A stretch of DNA of 64,000 nucleotides from an uncultured delta proteobacterium (GTDB lineage: Bacteria > Desulfobacterota > Binatia > Binatales > Binataceae), in assembly GCA_963808235.1 (NCBI GenBank), contig CAWEEQ010000004.1, positions 3,136,001-3,200,000 of the forward strand. Reading direction: 5' to 3'. The notes under the pieces are model-generated. The model was not told where the DNA came from, made no database searches, and was given only the letters and a program-made list of their open reading frames with translations. Shown one piece after another: positions 61,097-64,000 of this stretch (within the stretch, counting starts at the first letter, position 1; every line of letters starts with the position of its first letter). Both the position numbers and the translations under genes were made by a program.

Positions 61097-63329
61097 ATGC
61101 TTCCTGCGAAACCTGTCCGGATTGTCGTCGCCTGTGGATTTCTTCTCGTTGGTATCTTCGTATTCAATGCGTCCGCGCAGCTTCTTTCGCTTTCACCGCC
61201 ATTCCCCGCCGATCGCGCCGACCCTGAACCCGACCGATCCCGCGAACAATCTGAACGCCTGCTCCGGTTCCGATTGCACGCTTGGGAAATTCACCGAACC
61301 CTTCGAAGAGCCGACGATCACCTACACCGATTCCACCGGCACTCATACCGTTACCACCGAGCAGAAGTGTCTTCAGGACGCGGACGGTGTCTATCGATGC
61401 AAGCCCGCGGCGGGAACCATCGTGATGCTTCCCGACGGAAATATTCTTTACTGGAACGCTCTGGAAGGGACCGAGAACGTCGAGCTCAGCATCGTGGCGG
61501 AATTCGGCACGGTGTCAGATGACGATCAGAGCCGCGTGCTGAAGTTATCGCCGTCCGGAAATACTGTGACGCCATCGTGGGCCAGGCCATCGCCGGTCGG
61601 CGGCGGTGCGAATCCCAACGGCAGCGCGGGTACGCCGCTTCTGCCGGAGGGACTTCTCAGCACGGCGGGAACCCAGAGCGACAATGCCGGCGCGCTGTTC
61701 TGTTCCGATCAGGTCGAGCTGCCCGACGGGCTAATCATGGCGGCAGGTGGAACCGACTACTACTCGGAGCCCGGAGTGCAGGGAATTCCTTTCGGAGTCG
61801 CGGAGCTCGAGGGCCTCAAGAATGCGCGCCTGTTCGACTGGCGCAACCTCAATTGGACTCAGACCGGGAGCATGAACTGGGGCCGATGGTATCCGTCGCT
61901 GGTGAGTCTGCCCGATGGCAACGTGTTCGTGGCAAGCGGCGTGACCAAGCTTCTGAAGCCGGTTTATCCGCAGGCGCCGATCCAGTCCGGGACCAACGTC
62001 GCTCAGACCGAGACCTTCGACTGGCAGACCGGAGTATGGACCGACAACGGCCCTAATGCGCAGCAGTCGCTCCCGCTCTTTCCGAGAATGCATCTGCTGC
62101 CTAACGGCGACGTGTTCTATGACGCAGGCGGACAGACCTTCAATCCCTTCGGGCAAAGCTACAACGAAGCCCTGTGGAACATCGTCAGCGCGTACGACCC
62201 TACGACCCAGTCATGGACCGATTTGGGGTACGCCGGCCTGCCGCTTCAGCTCGATCAGGCAGGGCTTGGAGATCTGACGTCGGCGCTGCTCGCATCGAAT
62301 CCGAATTTTCCCGCGCTCACCGCGGCGACAATTACCTCCGTGCTGACCACGCTGGTCGGCCAACCGATCACGTCGTCCGCGCAACTGGCGAGCCTACTCG
62401 GCGCATTGGTCGGCCCGGGCGGAGCGGACACGATCCTGGGTTCGGGGTTTCGCGGGACCACGTTCAACATGATGCTGCCACTCAAGCCCGATGCGAGCGG
62501 GAATTACTCGAAGGCCGAATTCCTCACCGCGGGCGGCGTACTGAGCGCCGTGCTGGACACGAGCCCGGGCACTTGGGTCGCCACCCCGCTCAGCCGAATT
62601 GATACGGTTCAAATTGGAGCGGGCGGCGCAATGACTTACTCGTCGCGGCTGACCGGCAATCTGAATTATCCGCGATGGTTCTCGTACGGCGTGCTGCTCG
62701 CGGACGGATCGATCCAGGTTTTCAACGGCGCAAATCGCGATGACGTGCTGACGCCGGGACTCAGCAACCCGATTCAAGTCTCGGAACGATTCGATCCGAA
62801 TACCGAGACGTGGCACACGATGGCGACCTCGCATGAGGCGCGCACCTACCACAATAGTGCGCTGCTGATGCCCGATGGGCGCGTGATGATCGGTGGTCAT
62901 GCGCCGATCAGCACGGCCTACCTGTCGAATATCAACTTGTCCGGACTCGGATTCTCTCCCGACGACGGCCGCGACCCTTCATTCGAGATCTACAGCCCGC
63001 CCTACGTATTCCAGTCGCGTCCGCAGATCACTACCGCGCCCACTTCGGTCAGCCTCGGGAGTTCGTTCAACGTGATCAGCCCCGACGCCTCGACGATTCA
63101 GGCAGTGCTCCTGATCCGCAGGAGCGCAACCACCCACGTCGTCGATGGAGACGGGCGCGCGGTGTATCTGCCGATAACCGGATTGAACGGGAATCAGATC
63201 GCGCTTGCGATGCCGTCGAGTCCGGCGGTCGTCGTACCCGGCGAATACTTGCTGTTTCTGGAAAAACCGGACGGCCACGGCGGACAGATCCCGTCGGTCT
63301 CCGCGCCGATCCTCGTATCCGGCCCGTGA
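61097..63329 (+). CDS. Secreted copper-radical oxidase (galactose/glyoxal oxidase-like), frameshift near 61200
   Basis: Signal peptide in the frame starting 61097 (AGGAG RBS). LFCS, RWYPS, RTYHNSA and TTH copper/cofactor motifs, and a C-terminal DUF1929-like domain. Confidence 0.87.
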
Positions 63330-63337
63330 GATCTTCG

Positions 63338-64000
63338 ATGCGCAACATCTTCTTCTCATTGGCCACCGCCGCCCTCTGCTTCTTCGCCGCGCCGCTTCAT
63401 GCGCATGAGGAGCATGCTTCGAATCTCGAAGTGGTGCTCGATCGCGTCAGTCCGCAGCCGGCGCGGCTCCAGGTACAAATCGTCAATACGCTCGCCCCGC
63501 AAATGCTGGTCAGCAATCACACCGGACGAACTTTGGAGATTCTCGATCGACGCGGAACCCCGGTAATCCGCATCGGGCCCGATCGCACCTGGGTGAACGC
63601 ATCGGCGCCCGTGTACTACGCGGAGCATCCCATGAGTGATCCGATGACCGATCGCTCCGATGCGGCGAAAGCGCCGCGATGGGTACTCGCGAGCCATGAG
63701 CCGTCATGGGGATGGTTCGATCCCCGAATCCAGGCTGGCGCTGCGCAATCGCCCGCGAGCTGGCATATCGATATGCGCCTTGGCGCGGAGCCGGTCGTAG
63801 TGTCGGGTAGGTTCCGCTCTCGACCGGTATCGCACGGCTATTGGATGCCCGCGATGCGCACGCCTCACGAAATCGCGCCCCAGATCGAAGTAGCGATTAT
63901 TCCGGGCGTGGTGCCGGCGGTCACAATCGAAAACGGAGGGCATGAAATTCTCACGGTGATTGGCGCCAATGGCGAGCCGTTTCTGCGCATTGGACCGGAG
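63338..64000 (+). CDS. Secreted protein with predicted mature N-terminal His, runs off the window
   Basis: MRNIFFSLATAALCFFAAPLHA|HEEH. Internal repeat G.PVIRIGPD / GEPFLRIGPE. Open to the window end. Confidence 0.75.
   Translation, partial: MRNIFFSLATAALCFFAAPLHAHEEHASNLEVVLDRVSPQPARLQVQIVNTLAPQMLVSNHTGRTLEILDRRGTPVIRIGPDRTWVNASAPVYYAEHPMSDPMTDRSDAAKAPRWVLASHEPSWGWFDPRIQAGAAQSPASWHIDMRLGAEPVVVSGRFRSRPVSHGYWMPAMRTPHEIAPQIEVAIIPGVVPAVTIENGGHEILTVIGANGEPFLRIGPE

Noticed and set aside
60542-63329. TatA dedicated to exporting the oxidase
   Set aside because: The oxidase signal peptide has no twin-arginine motif, so adjacency alone is insufficient.

Overview
High-GC bacterial chromosomal window. 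Gene style and order tentatively suggest a Deltaproteobacteria-like lineage such as Ca. Binatia (inference only). It holds a core backbone: family-B DNA polymerase, rpoD, xseAB/tlyA/ROK, bioD, ctpA, lgt, dtd, trmL, cca, a nucleoside-type ABC transporter, tRNA-Val and thrS-infC-rpmI-rplT-pheST-ihfA-merR. It also has a sigma54 two-component system divergent from a GT2 glycosyltransferase, tatA and a copper-radical oxidase. Small accessory insertions and several REP-like palindrome families are interspersed. From about 9.8 to 21 kb many genes carry single-base frameshifts, most likely assembly error. The strongest novelty candidate is a protease-less Lon N-terminal-domain protein with an RNA polymerase alpha-CTD inserted in it (25943-27085), preceded by a structured leader that sequesters its RBS. 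Other candidates are a secreted triple-CC metallothionein-like peptide operon, single genes bracketed by 229-bp composite repeats, and a TylF gene bracketed by a duplicated tlpA 3' end. No CRISPR array, rRNA, integrase or transposase was seen.
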